Source: Phoronis australis | Lineage: Eukaryota; Animalia; Phoronida | Assembly: GCA_002633005.1 (NCBI GenBank) | Contig: NMRA01000875.1 | Location: forward strand, 1 to 64,000 | Reading direction: 5' to 3' | DNA length: 64,000 nucleotides | Shown: in pieces, positions 36,915 through 50,529 of the stretch | Position numbering within the stretch: the stretch's first letter is position 1 | How the letters are laid out: every line of letters begins with the position of its first letter | The notes under the pieces: generated by a model | The model's input: the letters and a program-made list of their open reading frames with translations, nothing else | What the model was told of the DNA's origin: nothing | Databases searched by the model: none | Program-made: the position numbers and the translations under genes

Positions 36915-37892
36915 TTTGACCTCAGTCCTGTTTTTGAATTTGTCTTCCCCGAATAGAGTTGGTTGTTACTTGTTGACTTCAGTGGTTGTGTTTTACTCAT
37001 CTCTCGTTATAATTTCCACAAAGTTTTCATTTACACATACCTTCAACTAAGCCTACATGTACATGCATTATCGCGTAGGTCTACATGCACACAAGCATGT
37101 AATTTCGTTAAAAATTCACGGCTTTAATGAGCGTCAATATGTATTATCACAATGGGGCAGCATATATTGTCGTCTTCTACACGTATTGTTGTCCCATAGG
37201 GGGCGACAATATGTGCCGTGAACGCCCTAAATATTGTTGCACGAGCAAAAATATGTGTCAAGTGCGACAATATCATTATCTCTCAACAGCCTGTGCTTGT
37301 ACACTGAGGACTGGGTTCGAATACATATAATCTTGATATCACACTTTTTAATATTGAAGCAATACGAGCTAGAATGAATGTCATGCATAATCTGAATAAA
37401 AATCTGATGTCCTTTAAAGCAATAATTTATGGAACTTGGACGGATTACAATGCGCTGTTTAAATTCTAGCTTTACGACATTTTTATTGCTACGTGATAAC
37501 ATTTTTGACATCATTTTGGCGGTGTATTTTCTACGGTTCAAAACCGCGAGTACTTACTTTTTAAAATAATGTTTCAACAAACTGTGTCAGAGTAAATAAA
37601 CTTCACACGAACGGCAGGCCATCACGATGGCGGTTCACATAAAAACTAGTGATGCAAAAAAGCCCGCTGGTAATTAATTATGTGTTTTAACTGTCCATAC
37701 AGGTAGTATTGCAACACGACGAAGAACGGTACAGCTATGCCAACTTTTTGTTGGGTGTCTTAGGTGCCTTCGAAATAATGTCACCTACATTGCTGAGGAA
37801 AGACACATGCTACCGAAATTTTCCGTAGATAAGACCATGGGGGTGTATTGGGAAGAATACTCCGGCTTTTTAGTAACACCAAAATAAACGCC

Positions 37893-40800
37893 CAACAAGT
37901 GGCGCTTTAAAACATGGCGGATGTGTTCTAGAATTCGGGAAGATATCCTGCAAAAATATCAGCCCTATAGCCCAAATCCGCCTATAAAACCTAACCATGG
38001 AAGCAAACACGTTCATTCAAGGCATGAAGGCTGCACAACAGGACGCGGAAATAAAGAGATTGTTCATAGAAATTTTCGAACGTTCTCTCAATGAAGCCTG
38101 TCGTCACTCAACCGAGGGGTTCAAAGATATGTTACAGTCAACAGGACGAAACAGCCTGTTAATACACGGTTTAGAGGAAAATAAGGGGATGAGCCAGTCA
38201 TAAACATAGCCAAGAAATTGGAAGTTTACCTGCCCGTAATTGAATTAGACCGCACCCACAGGTTTGGTGCTTTTAACAGAGATACCAGGGGTAAACCTAG
38301 ACCGATCATCGCTAAGTTCATTAGTTATCGTAAACGAACAGAACTTCTGAAGAAAAGGTCGACACTTGCGGTTACACAGGTGAACCAAGGGCGTGTCTCG
38401 GTGCGAAAAATACATGTATATATTAATTAAAATCCCACAAAGAGGAAAGCTGTTATTTTTGCAAAATGTCGCAGATTAGTGAAACAGGGACACATCAAGT
38501 CGACATACGTGAGAGATGGGAAGATCTTCATCAAGAAGAATAATCATTCTTATCATGAAATGAATAGAATGGAACAAGTTAGCGAATTCGTGGAAGGTCT
38601 TTGAAAGAGTCAACCCCAGACACCAACGCCGGAACGGGTTTTGAACCGTGAATAATATGACGGCGTATGGTTACTTAGTTTAGGTATTCGTCAGATAGTG
38701 CGGAATTGGGTTAATATTCTAGGCGGCGTTAAAAAGTTTGTTTTGTGTTAATTACGTTTGCGCAGAAATCAGTGTCATCTCGTAATTTGATACCAGTACT
38801 TTTACATGTATTTCATGTTAATCTGCTGTTTCAAATTCTCTATTTAGCTGTCTGTTTATTTAATTATATTTTCTAATTTTTAGTTCCTATTTGAATCTTT
38901 TCTTCAGCTAGTGATCTCTTGCAATAACGACCTTTAAATTGATTCAACGTTTTCTTTGTGCCAATGTTGAACATCTGGTAGTAACCAAATCAGGCTTGTA
39001 ATCAATGGCTTGTGCTCAAATGCAGTGTTTCAATTGGAGCGCTCCCACTGTTCTTCACTTCGCTTGCCATTCTATAGGGTATACATTTATAACTGCAGTA
39101 ACTATTCAAATATCCAGGGCTTTAGCATGCATAGGATGACTGTCGATGCGGGCTGCCTTCTCAGATTCAGGGTTCTTGCCGTCTCAGGTGTTTGTGAGTG
39201 CTGTTACAGCTCATTCATTTAGTGTTCGACTTTCTTCTTTGTCTTCGTAGCTATTTGTCCATTGTGTTTCTTCTCTTGTATATGTTTTATGTTCAAGACT
39301 GTGCAAACAATCACTGGTAGTATGCGCAGAAAAATTTAATGTCACTGAGAGCAATACTTGAATTTAGTTGTAGTCCACAAATTAAATTTCAACATGGAAT
39401 TAAGTATACTTTCTGTAAACTGTCAGGAATTTAGAGATTCCGGGAAAAGACTTGATGTTCAAAAGTACCTAAGAGATAAGTCATTCAATATGTATTGTGT
39501 TCAAGATGCTCATTTTGTGAAGGCTTTGGAGGATCAAGTCCAATTACAGTGGGGGTTTTCCTGCTATTTCAGTTCATTCAAGGACAATGCAAGAGTAGTC
39601 GCAATATTGCTGAGTAATAATTTTGAACATCAAATACACGGTTGGAGAAGTGACAAAAGTGGGGATAATGTATTACTTGATACAACAATGGAGGGAGGAA
39701 GAATTGCGCTTGTCAACTTGTGTGGTCCAAACGAGGACAAACCTGACTTTTTTCAAACCTTTTTAAGGAAATTGAGGAGGTGGGTAATGAAAAGTTATTG
39801 CAAGTAGGGATTTCAATCTTGTTTTAGACCAGTCTAAATACACGCGTTACTATAAGCAACGCAATAATCCAAGTGCTAGTGAAAAATTAAAAGAACATAT
39901 ACAAATGTGGGAGCTCGTAGGTCCATTTCGGGAATTCTAACAGAATTTACACGTAAACCGTTATACATGGAGACGCAAAAATCCTATCAAGCAGGCGAGA
40001 TTGGACTTTTTCTTACTTTCAAAAAAGTTTCTTCACTTTGTGTGTAAAATTAATCAGATCATATCATTCAGGTTTGCTATTGAGTGTTAAATTAAAAGAA
40101 ATCTTAAGAGGGAAATTCCTTTGGAAATTCAATAATTCTCTGTTGGGAGACTTGGAATATACTTAGAAAAAATTACTGAGGTAAAACGGCAATATGCTGT
40201 TCCAGTTTACAATTATGAAATGATTGATACAATTTCTAACAATGAAATTCAATTCGTAATCAATGACCAGTTGTTCTTAGATGTTTTGTTTATGGAAATC
40301 CGTAACACCACTATAGACTACTCAATAAGAAAGAAGAAAAAACACATCAGTTACGAACGTACATGTAATTTAGAAGTTATTAATTGGTTGGGAAGCAAGG
40401 ACAACCCGACTGAAGATGATCTAACGACTCTAGAAGAAAAAAGATCAATTTACAAGAACTAAGAAGAGAGACTTCGAAGGACTATGTTGTCCGATCAAGA
40501 GCAAAGTGGAGACCTCCCGAACCAAATATTTTTGCAACTTAGAATCAAGGAACTTTTTTAGTAAGTGGATAGATGCTATAGAAACAGAAGAAGGAGAAAC
40601 TATTACGGATCAAAAGGAAAGTTTATGCGAAACAATGAATTTTTATAAAAACTTACATTCTTCTAGGTCTGAGAAATTTTGAAGTTCTTTTGGGAAAACA
40701 TAAAATATTTTGTATTGGGGCACATTAAATGTAGTGTTTTGAAAAGGGACAAATGTCTACAACTCAACGGACTGGGATTATTACATGTATTCCAAAACCA

Positions 40801-43800
40801 GACAAGCCAAAACAGTTTCTGAAAACTGGCGACCAAAAACTTTATTAAATAGTGTATACAAACTAGCTTTGGGAAGCGTTGCAAACAGATTTAAAACGTT
40901 CTAGACAAACTGATTGCAAATACACAAACTGGATTTATTAAGGGAAGATTTATGGCTGAGGACACAAGAATAATTTATGATATTTTATTTATGAGTTATA
41001 CGGACAAGCACAACATTCAAGGACTACTCGTGTTGATAGATTTTGAACAAGCTTTTGACAGTGTTTCCTGAATAATTTCAATTTCAAAGTCAATATTATT
41101 CGATGTATGAGAACATTTTGTAATTTTGCCCGTGTCAAACAACTTCATACTGGAACGCAGATGTCGACAAGGTGATCTCTCTCCCATTATATTTTATACG
41201 GTGTGCTGAAATTTTGTCCATATTGATTAAACATGATCCTGAAGTGAAAGGTATCAGAATCGACAACGAAGACTTCGTTATAACACAATACACAGATGAC
41301 ACAACTTTCACATTTGACGGAACTCCAAGATCCCTAGCAGCACTTATGAACAACCTAGAGCTCTACGCAGGGATGTCGGGGCTGAAGATAAACTATTCTA
41401 ACACAAAAGTAGTGTGGATTGAAAGTAGAAATTTCTCTCAACAAGTGTTTCATCGGACGCGTTGGAAACTAAAATGGGGTGACGTTGATTTTAAGCTTCT
41501 GGGTATTAATTTCAAAGTGAACTTGGAAACTATGTGTATGTCTAAAGATAACTTTGATGCAAAAATAATGGAAATGAAGAATCTGATTTATATATGGTCA
41601 CAATATTAAAAACACTTGTGCTTCCAAAAAATTATACATCTGCTGACGCTGTCCCAATGATACTACTTTTGGCGATATTGAAACTTTGTATTTTAAATTC
41701 ATTTGGGACGGTAAACCGGATAAAATAAAAAGAGGAGTACTCCTTAAATCCATAGAATAGAGTGGATTGAAGATGATGTCAGCAAATTTAATATGTCTTT
41801 AAAAAAGAAGATTCTTTTTAACAACATCTGCATGGAGGTATTTGTTGCAAAAAGATATCGGGCTTACTACTAGAGAGGTAATGTTTAGCTATGGAGACCA
41901 TAGGTTAACTAGATCGGATAACTGTAACTCTTTTGGAAAGAATGCTTCCAGTATTGGAGCCTTTAAGTTCACAAACAATTTCGAGACACTAAAATACGGT
42001 GTCAATTAATTTGTGGGCCAACAGTACTACATGTATTACGGTGGAATACAGCCCTTGTATTTATGAGTCATTCGTTGGAAAAGGTATAATATTTGTGAAC
42101 GATTTTTTAGACTGGAATGGTAACTTTTACACCTTTGACAGTTTCCAGACGATTCATCAGATTAAAGGAGAATGCCACCTGATTTAATTAGTCATTTTAC
42201 CATCTTAATCGGTCTATATCCAAATCGCCTCTTATACCGTTGATCTCACCTTTCCGAGAGGTGTCGCCTTAACCTGTGAGGAAGGTGAAAAACGACGCAG
42301 CGGCGTCAGTGGTTCGTCTGCAGAGTGAATGCCGCTATATTGCGTGCCTCGTTCCCGCTTGTCCGAACTATGAAGCTGTGAACAAAGCGGGTATATCGTT
42401 TTTTCGGCTTCCTCGAGAGCTCGAAATGCTTAGGAAGTGGCTCGCGGTAGTGAAGAATGAAAGGTAGGCTGTTAATAGCAAGTATGAGGCCGTGAATCAT
42501 CTCCATGTATGCGGCCATCATTTCGTCGACATTGATTTCTCTGACGAATTCCGGCTTACCAAAGAACTATCCACACGTTCCGTTGCCTGTGCCTGTGCAC
42601 GGCGCCTCTCTAGTGTTTCTCGATCAGTGTATCCCGGTTCGAACTGATAGCCTGTGAAACCTAACGATCCGAACCGTGAAGTCTTTGTCGCCTGAGCTCT
42701 TGACTAAGTCGGGATTGGCGCGGGCCGAGTTGCCGTTTATTAGTAAACGTTCATTATTCTGCGTTCTGTTTCAAAATAAATTATTCTCATCCTTATCAAT
42801 GCTGATATGAAACTGAAACAAAGTCTGTCTCATTAGATACTATTTGGAATGCCTTGGAGTGCTCGTGAGTGCAAATGTTTTAGAAGCCAGCAATGAATAG
42901 ATCACTGCGTAACAAGCTTTTGATGCCGGCAACAAAGGTAATTGACCGGGCACCGAGGCCGTGTGAGCGCATGCTAATTCAGAAAGCTGTTTGGAAACAA
43001 TTACTCTATTTTATATGCAATGGTCACATGTTAGGGGAATCTTTATTTAGAAATACAAATACATTATTCAATTCATTGTTATTGCACAACCTTTGCCCTG
43101 ACGGTCTGTCGAAGAGGAACCCGACTTCGCGGCCCCCGACATGTATGTAGATTTTCAGCTTCGTCGGTGGCTAATTCACATTAATAATTACGTGCACATT
43201 ATTTCTTTGGCTCACTGTTATACTGTAATCTTTTCGTGACTGGAAATTTGGTTTCCATTTCAAGCTGGTTTATGTTCGTGCCATTCTCGCGACGGGTCTG
43301 ATCGGGTTCCGAGCCACTGGCCGGGATAACAAGTCAGCCCGGCCACGACGGGCCTGATCGGGTTCCGAGCCACTGGTCGGGATACCAAGCGTTTTGTGTG
43401 TTTAGAAATAAAAAAGTCACAAGTATAACAACACAGATCTAGGTTCTCCTGTCTGTATTTCACGGAAGAATGCATCGAATTTATCTCTGAACAGACCCCA
43501 AACTCCCCAGTGCTACGGACCTTGATAAATTGACCTGCCGAACTTTGTAGGCTACGGTATGTCCAAAAAGCACTAAATCCGTAACAGCGAAATAAAACAA
43601 CATGCTTTTATAAGAACTCGGTGTATTTTTAAGGGTTTTACATCGAAGTTTGATGATTTATTGGTGTTAAACGATGAATTCAAGCGATAAGCTGACACCA
43701 GTAACCCAAGTTGTGAACTGCTGAACAGACTGCGTGTGAAACCAATTACGCCACTGGATAATTTCAACACCTCCGTTTATTGTCAGATAACGCAACCGAA

Positions 43801-44773
43801 CGTGCCGTTGTCGAGTAGAACTACTCGATCTAAATTAATGTCACCTTTCTCAACTATTATTCAATTGTTAGTGCAATAAAAATATTTGGATACGTTTTCC
43901 AAAAACTTAATTCTAAAAAGGTACATGTATGTTGACCACTTGTATATTTTTCTCTAAAAATATTATTTTGACGAAAAAAGGCATGTCGGGATTCTTACCA
44001 TATTCTGTGCAAAAATGACATAATACCATCAGCACAAAAGAAATTCGAAGTACTAGGATTTTCGCTATCAGAAAAGATGTGGAATTTCTATTACAAACTT
44101 CCACATGAATGTACGAATGGCACAAGCTTACTTTCTTTCAGTTCCGCGCAATGCATGAATTCCACCTACTAATCATTTCTTAAATAATATTAGATGCTGT
44201 ATGTGGACTCAAATGCTGGTACTTTTTGCAATTACTTTGCCGAAACTCTAGAACAGTTATTCTTTGAATGTGAATATGTTAATTCTTTCTGGCATGGGGT
44301 ACGTCTCTGGTTAATGAAAGCAATGCAAGTAAATTTTAAAATAGACAAAACCACTATTACAGTTGGTCTTCAAAATGAACAAAACAGAATTTTGAATTGG
44401 TTCCTTTACAAAGTAAAATTTTCATTAATTTTATAAAATGAAATTTGCTAACGTCAAACTTAATTCGTCTTAAATGTTGAAGGTGTGTTTTAATGTAGAA
44501 TTTAGTGCTTCGTCAAACATACGGAAATTTAATGATACAAACAAATGGGAAGATTGGAAATGTGTTTTTGAAACATGAAGGGAGCCGGATAAATGTAGTT
44601 GACCAGGTGCCAGAACAGAAATTTAAGTAGTACTTTTTAACTTGGAAGTAACAATGAAATGCTTTTTCGATTTTTTGCACAGTTCTGTAAGCCGTTGTGC
44701 TGTGTTGTGTATATTTGTATATGCACCTGTCTTTTGTAATAAACGTATTTAAAGTAAAAAAACTAAAAAATAA
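37893..44773 (+). mobile_element. Near full-length decayed L1/Tx1-clade LINE (ORF1 ~37997-38600; ORF2 ~39394-44570)
   Basis: ORF1: LLIHGLEE, DRTHRFG..PRPIIAKF. APE domain: LSVNCQ, YCVQDAH, GDFN, RLDFFL. RT: IDFEQAFDSV, TQYTDDTT. C-terminal FCNY..ETLEQLFFEC. A-rich tail and 12-bp TSD AAAATAAACGCC (37881-37892 and 44774-44785). Confidence 0.9.
42166..43834 (+). mobile_element. Kolobok-like element inserted in LINE ORF2
   Basis: Left end TTAA|AGGAGAATGC. THAP remnant CLVPACPN..FFRLP..KW..VCGHHF (42341-42525). Removing the element restores LINE text HQINVTFLNYY. The right TIR is deleted. Confidence 0.8.
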
Positions 44774-46884
44774 AAAATAAACGCCTGGAAAAGAAGGGCG
44801 TGTAAACGGAAACTCATAGGTTTGCTGACTTTGACATTCTTACTTAAAACTGTGTTCTTAAATTTTATGTTAATAAATGCATAGTTCGCCAACATTTTGT
44901 TCGTTTTTATAAGTGATAAATAATCCACAAAACTGAATTTGTTACAAAGAGTTGACGTTGAGTGAGGTTTTAAGAAGAAATTTTCCGAATAAACTGCCCA
45001 CCAGATGGATAATTGTCACCATGAGTTACAACACCAAATGTACGCCCAAGGACGTCTATTTGGCATAATCTTCCGAATAAACGCCCATGGGCGTTTCATC
45101 GGGTGGGCTTATCAACGGAAAATTTCGATAGAAATTTTAGACGAGCGATGTGCAGTTGAAGATGCGAGGTTTTAATTCCTTGTTAAAGCAAGTGGAATAT
45201 GATGCCCTCGCAAGAGGTCCCATTGTAAGGGGAAGCTACTTCTCCTTCCTCATTTTGAAATCATTCATGTACATCGTTTCATCTCAAGTGGTACATGTAG
45301 GCTGTCGGAGGTTGCACTTGTGATGGAAACAAAGTCAAAAGACGCAGCAGTAGCAAACTCAGCAGACGAAGACGCATCCTGATGAGCAGAAGTCATGCGT
45401 CTTTGTTTCAAACTTGCGGATCAGGAGAAGGCAAATAAACAAAATAATTTCACTGTGGCGTGTGCATGCGTTAATTAGTTCATTTGAAATGATTTCTTTA
45501 ATTTCAATTTGTCTGGAATAACTATTCTCTTTAGTTGTATTTCTAAATAAGTGTATAGGCTGTGTAGTGACTCATCAGAGTACTTGTTCTGTACATGTAT
45601 ATGTAGAAAAAAAAATTGTCAGTCTTTAAAGCCCAACTAAAGCTGAATTTTGTTATTTTAGATGTTTTGGGCTAACCAGATAGTCCGAGAAAGGCCTTAG
45701 TAAAATAAGAAAACGCGAGTTCAATCACGCAAATGTAAGCCCGTCAAATGATAGGTGAAGCTGCTTTTTTGTGCCATGTTGCGTCACCGCGAGATCCCAG
45801 CACAAACAACAAACGGTCGATAACAGTTGTATTGAACTGGGGTCTGAGTAGAACACCATTGTGTGCGGGTGTTATTGGCAGCTGTTTGGATTAAAGGTGA
45901 TTCTCGCGTTGACGTAGACAAAAGCAACCCAATACGCCTAACAGTTCGTTACGTTTGGCAATTTATGGCAATAGTGGGTTCAGAGCGAAGCTCTTAACAT
46001 ACTGTAGAAACCAAATTTACAGGTGTTACCGTTCAAGATAAGCTTTAAAAGAACACGGTTGTTTAGTTAATCACGTCATTTTATGTGTTGTAGTGCGCAG
46101 TACTAGAGTTTTACACAATAATTATTACGTTACAACGTAAATAATATATCGATTGAATGTTACGTTGTGCTACTGCGCTGGATCACCGTTGGCAAGTTCT
46201 ATTACTTGCTGTATTAGAGGTCTTCTCAGTCACGTTACTGCGTCATACTGCGTTTGTTGTACCTTTTGGATTTTAACGAGAACACTGCAATGCCAAGTAG
46301 CTCCCCAACCATTTGCTTGTTCGTATTGTTCTTGTAAATATGTCTTTATTATTTATCATCAACCATGTCACCCGCAGTGTCTTCCATATTTTGTCCGTTT
46401 AGCCTATACCATTCGGCTCCAACTTTTTCATTGATGCCCGTAATGTACACTGCTGTTTGCGTTTACGATTGCAGAGACAGTCGCGTGAAAATCATCTCCT
46501 CCGAAGTGAAACTGCGGGCTTCATATTAGCCGCTACAACGATCTAATTTATTGATTGATGCGCAGGATCCCTTAAATAAGCCAAATAACGGCTTTTGACG
46601 TGGTTATGTTGGCAACGAGAGGGATGTGACAATTCGAGGTGCCTCGTTCGTCAAGCAACAGCTGCAAAGTTTAACACCTGAATCAAACCCGAATTTTGTT
46701 TGACACAAAAATTAATGTTTGGCAAACTGCTTTTAAGCATTAAAATGTCGCCGAAGAGTTTCAAAAATTTGACGTTCGTCGCCATCAAGCGTGTATGATT
46801 TTCATATTTCCACCATACAGTATGCCTCTGCTGCGAAATTCAATGGATTATCTTAGGAACTGACTCACAGTTGTCGCCGATGCC

Positions 46885-48012
46885 ATGTCATCAGGAAGCA
46901 ATTGTTCGACTCCTTCGAAATATGTCACGGTCGCGTTTGTGTTAGACACTTGCGTCTCGGGTACCTTGGTAACATTTGGAATTGTTGGTAACTTGCTAAC
47001 TATACTTGTCTTCGGCCATTACCGTCTTAAATCGAGCACGACGATTTTATTAACCGGTCTGGCTGTGTCCGATCTCCTGTACCTTTCCGTACATGTGTTC
47101 CTGTTTCAAGTTCTGCGATCCATATATCCAGAAACTGGATACTTTGAGGTCTATCACGATAACTGGAGTTGGATAGAACCATACGAATATCCATGTGGTA
47201 TAATGATGCAAACTGCCTCAGTGTGGTGTGTTGTTCTTGTAGCTGTCGACAGATTTATAGCTATTCGCTGGCCTTTACAATCCAAGCGCCTCTGCACTAC
47301 ACGAAGGGCAAAATTCAAACTGATCGGCGTGGTCTTCTTCGCGATTCTCTTGAACCTGCCACGTTTTTTCACGCAGAAAACAGTGATGGCGTACGACTCG
47401 TGCCGAAACAAAACCATGGCGAAACTTGTTGGAACAGATTTCGGCTGGAATCCAGCTTATATTTGGCCGGCTACAGTATTGTACATTGGTTTTATATACG
47501 CATTGCCCGTCGTCATTCTGATCCTTGTTAATTTGTCACTTATGATAGCCCTGAGAGCCGCTGGTAAGAACATGAGAAAGCTCATTATAGTTGGAATACA
47601 CAATAAAAAATCGAATCTAGAAAGCAAACGAATCACATTCATTCTGGTTATGGTAGTGATGGTGTTTATTCTTTGCCAAATTCCCATTGGAATCGATCAC
47701 GTTATGTACGCCACCAAGATGACGTCATGGGCCTGGCCAGAACGAGGATATTACAGTTTAGTGTGCAATGCGTTGGTTGCGCTAAATTCGTCGACAAATT
47801 TCTATATCTACGCTTTGTTCGGTGGTAAGTTCCGACGCCAACTCAAGGACTTGTGCTGTTGCATACTGCGACGAAAACCGCAATCCCCAAGTTCGCCCAC
47901 GTTGACGAATTTTCAAATGTCGCTGGTGTCGATCAGCTCATCGTCCTTCCGGGTAAAATATAATGATGCACCGGGAAAATTTGCCCCAGGAAGTAACCCA
48001 GGAGCGACTTAG
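46885..48012 (+). CDS. Intronless rhodopsin-family peptide GPCR (FMRFamide-receptor-like)
   Basis: Seven hydrophobic segments with GN (TM1), LAVSD (TM2), DRF (TM3), NLPRFF (TM4), CQIP (TM6), NSSTNFYIY (TM7) and FRRQL helix 8. Confidence 0.93.
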   Translation: MSSGSNCSTPSKYVTVAFVLDTCVSGTLVTFGIVGNLLTILVFGHYRLKSSTTILLTGLAVSDLLYLSVHVFLFQVLRSIYPETGYFEVYHDNWSWIEPYEYPCGIMMQTASVWCVVLVAVDRFIAIRWPLQSKRLCTTRRAKFKLIGVVFFAILLNLPRFFTQKTVMAYDSCRNKTMAKLVGTDFGWNPAYIWPATVLYIGFIYALPVVILILVNLSLMIALRAAGKNMRKLIIVGIHNKKSNLESKRITFILVMVVMVFILCQIPIGIDHVMYATKMTSWAWPERGYYSLVCNALVALNSSTNFYIYALFGGKFRRQLKDLCCCILRRKPQSPSSPTLTNFQMSLVSISSSSFRVKYNDAPGKFAPGSNPGAT

Positions 48013-48559
48013 AGTCGTGTCCTGATTTTGTCTACTATGCACTATGACCCTTGACATACGATGCGTTGTTTCATAAAATGATGCTCATCGGTAAGTTGAA
48101 CCATAATGCCAACGCAGCAGATGTACAATTATTGTTTGCAAGTTGTATAGTACTATGTGCATAGTGATTAACACTTCAAACAGGAATATACGTAATGAAA
48201 TGTTTTGGAAAGAAATTTGAAATACAAATATTTACACAATGATCTAATTTGATTACTGTAGTACCAAAATCAGAAAAGTATTTTTTTGCTCCACGATGTT
48301 TTGATACCTGTTTTTGCGTATTTTAGATCTGATTTGATGAATAATTATTTTTAAAATGGCGCCTAGGGCCATATTGCCTTGCATAACTATTTAATTGGAA
48401 TGGCAACGTCATAAAAGTTTTCATTGCATTTGCATATGTACAGTTTGGGTTCTTCCTGTGTATTTTTTATCATATTTGTGAATGCATGTATTCAAAATAG
48501 CGGCTGACTGTCATATTGGATTTATTGACACACAAACGTGAAAACTGTGTAAGAAAACT

Positions 48560-49260
48560 ACATGTAGTCCAGCTCCACGTGTTCATCAAGGTGAGATATC
48601 TGAACTTATATTGAAAGAAATGCGTGATCTAAAGTCTGCGCAAGATGGGTTCAGAAAAACGTTTAAATTCAGATGTGACCTTACTGAACTGCACCCGTCT
48701 GAATCATGCTCGACAGGGGGATACTAGACCTCCCTTGGTCAAATTTGCTGTTGAGTCACTGGCTCAAAAATTATAGTGCTGCGAAACAAGCAAAAATTAA
48801 AGTGCACGCCTTTATTTCAACCACATTTTCTACGTGAAAGCAAATCTCACACTGACAGGATAATTGAAATCAAATTCAAAACAATTATTGAAACTTTGCC
48901 GAACAACAAGGAATTCAAGATCCGCTCAATTGGACCAATTGTGAGAGTGGCCACAGGTGAAGACGCTGACTCGGGGAACAAAACAGTGAGGATTTGCGAT
49001 GCCAATGTCGGTGGTTGGACTAGCATCAATTTATTGCTCCGTGAACACTTGCTGTCTTCAGTCAACGCCCTCATCATAGGGGTGGCAGAAACTCATTTAC
49101 ATCCAAATAAATGTAATACTTTGCCCGGTTATTGTTGGTACGGATACAATAGGCAGCTTATAAACAAGCGGGCCCACAGATCGAGGTTCGGGTGGGGTGG
49201 GAATATTTGTTAAAACGATTTGTTTAAAACATTTAAAATCGATGATTCATTACAGACAAG
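48560..49260 (+). mobile_element. Decayed LINE fragment (ORF1 end and APE endonuclease start; CR1/L2-like)
   Basis: NVGGW, IIGVAETHL, LPGYCWYGYNR and a frameshifted GSGGVG. Confidence 0.6.
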
Positions 49261-50461
49261 CAGTTTTTACCGGCCGTCTGCGCTGGCTCTGAGGTCAAGA
49301 ATGGTTCTATTGTGGTCCAGTTTCGGAAAAAAGTTATTTTATTATGGCCATTCTTTGAAGGAGTTTTTTGAAAATGTGAGGTCCTGTCTGAAATAGAACA
49401 CTTTAAGATAAATAAGGCTAAACATCATTTAGCTTGGAAAAAGAGTAACAGTTCATTCCACCGTCGTATGGTCACAAGACGATGCAGGAAGTGATTTTCT
49501 TCAACATGAAAGCCGGTTGAACGATTTCACAAAAACGGCAAAATAAGAGGTAATGGATTCCAACATTGGGCCTTATCTCCGCGAGCGGCCCCTTAAAAAT
49601 TTGTCAATAAAAACACAATAAGGTGACTACTTGAAATGTCACCAATGGCCTCCTTCAAGGCTGGGACCCCTAAATATGAAAATGTCTATATTTTCCAAAA
49701 TCAGGGAATGCGCAGCAATTGATGTTATGTGTCAGGTCATCAATTTTTCTCGAGTGATATACAGTTTCGAGAACAAAAATAAAGCGAAAGTTATCCCTTG
49801 CCAAGGAAGTGCTTCGGGAAAAATATAGTTTTGCATTCGCAAAATTGATTTATTTAATTTAAAAATCCAGAAAATTGGTACGCTCCGGAAAAGTTTCGCT
49901 TGATATTTTTTCTCGATTTTAAATATATGAACGAATTATTACGTGCATGAACTGTGCTGCAGAAGCGGTAACCGTAACAACAATGTCCTGGCCGGGGTCC
50001 TCAACAGGTAAACCATGCACTGGTACATGTTCTCTTGAATTTTCTCTCATCCGTATTTCCCAGTCTTTTTTCTCGACTGTCCCCGGTCCCACGCCTATGT
50101 CGGTTGCCACGGTTTAACCTGGCGCCTGAAATTTTTTTGAGGGGCACGTGCCCCCTACTTCGTACGGCCCTGCCTCTATGCCAGTCAGCTGCTTCACTTC
50201 GTAATCAAGCCATTGCGGCCTATATACAGGGTGAAACGGTATCTTATCAATATGGCCAATGATACTTTTGGATAATTCTTATGCCAAGTACGCGCAAATT
50301 GAACATTCAGCAACAGTTGAGTTGTCTGACGAGAGTTCGTGGGGAGAGGACATTTTACCCACTGGATGGCCGTTTTATTTTCAACTTCAGTTCCCCGGTA
50401 TGCGCTGGATATTTCAAATATTGCTTGGTAGTCTCGACACGACATGTTTTCACGAGTCATG

Positions 50462-50529
50462 CATGGGCGGCGCAGCACTGAAAAAATGTGGGAGATTATC
50501 CCCCTAACCCCCATGGTGCGCCGCCCATG
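50462..50529. mobile_element. 68-bp MITE
   Basis: TIRs CATGGGCGGCGCA / TGCGCCGCCCATG flanked by the 5-bp direct repeat TCATG. Confidence 0.7.

Larger units (their letters stand above)
37813..45128. mobile_element. Pogo/Tc1-type MITE interrupted by a LINE
   Basis: TA|CCGAAATTTTCCGTAGATAAG at the left and CTTATCAACGGAAAATTTCGA|TA at the right, with internal AATAAACGCCC repeats. Confidence 0.7.
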
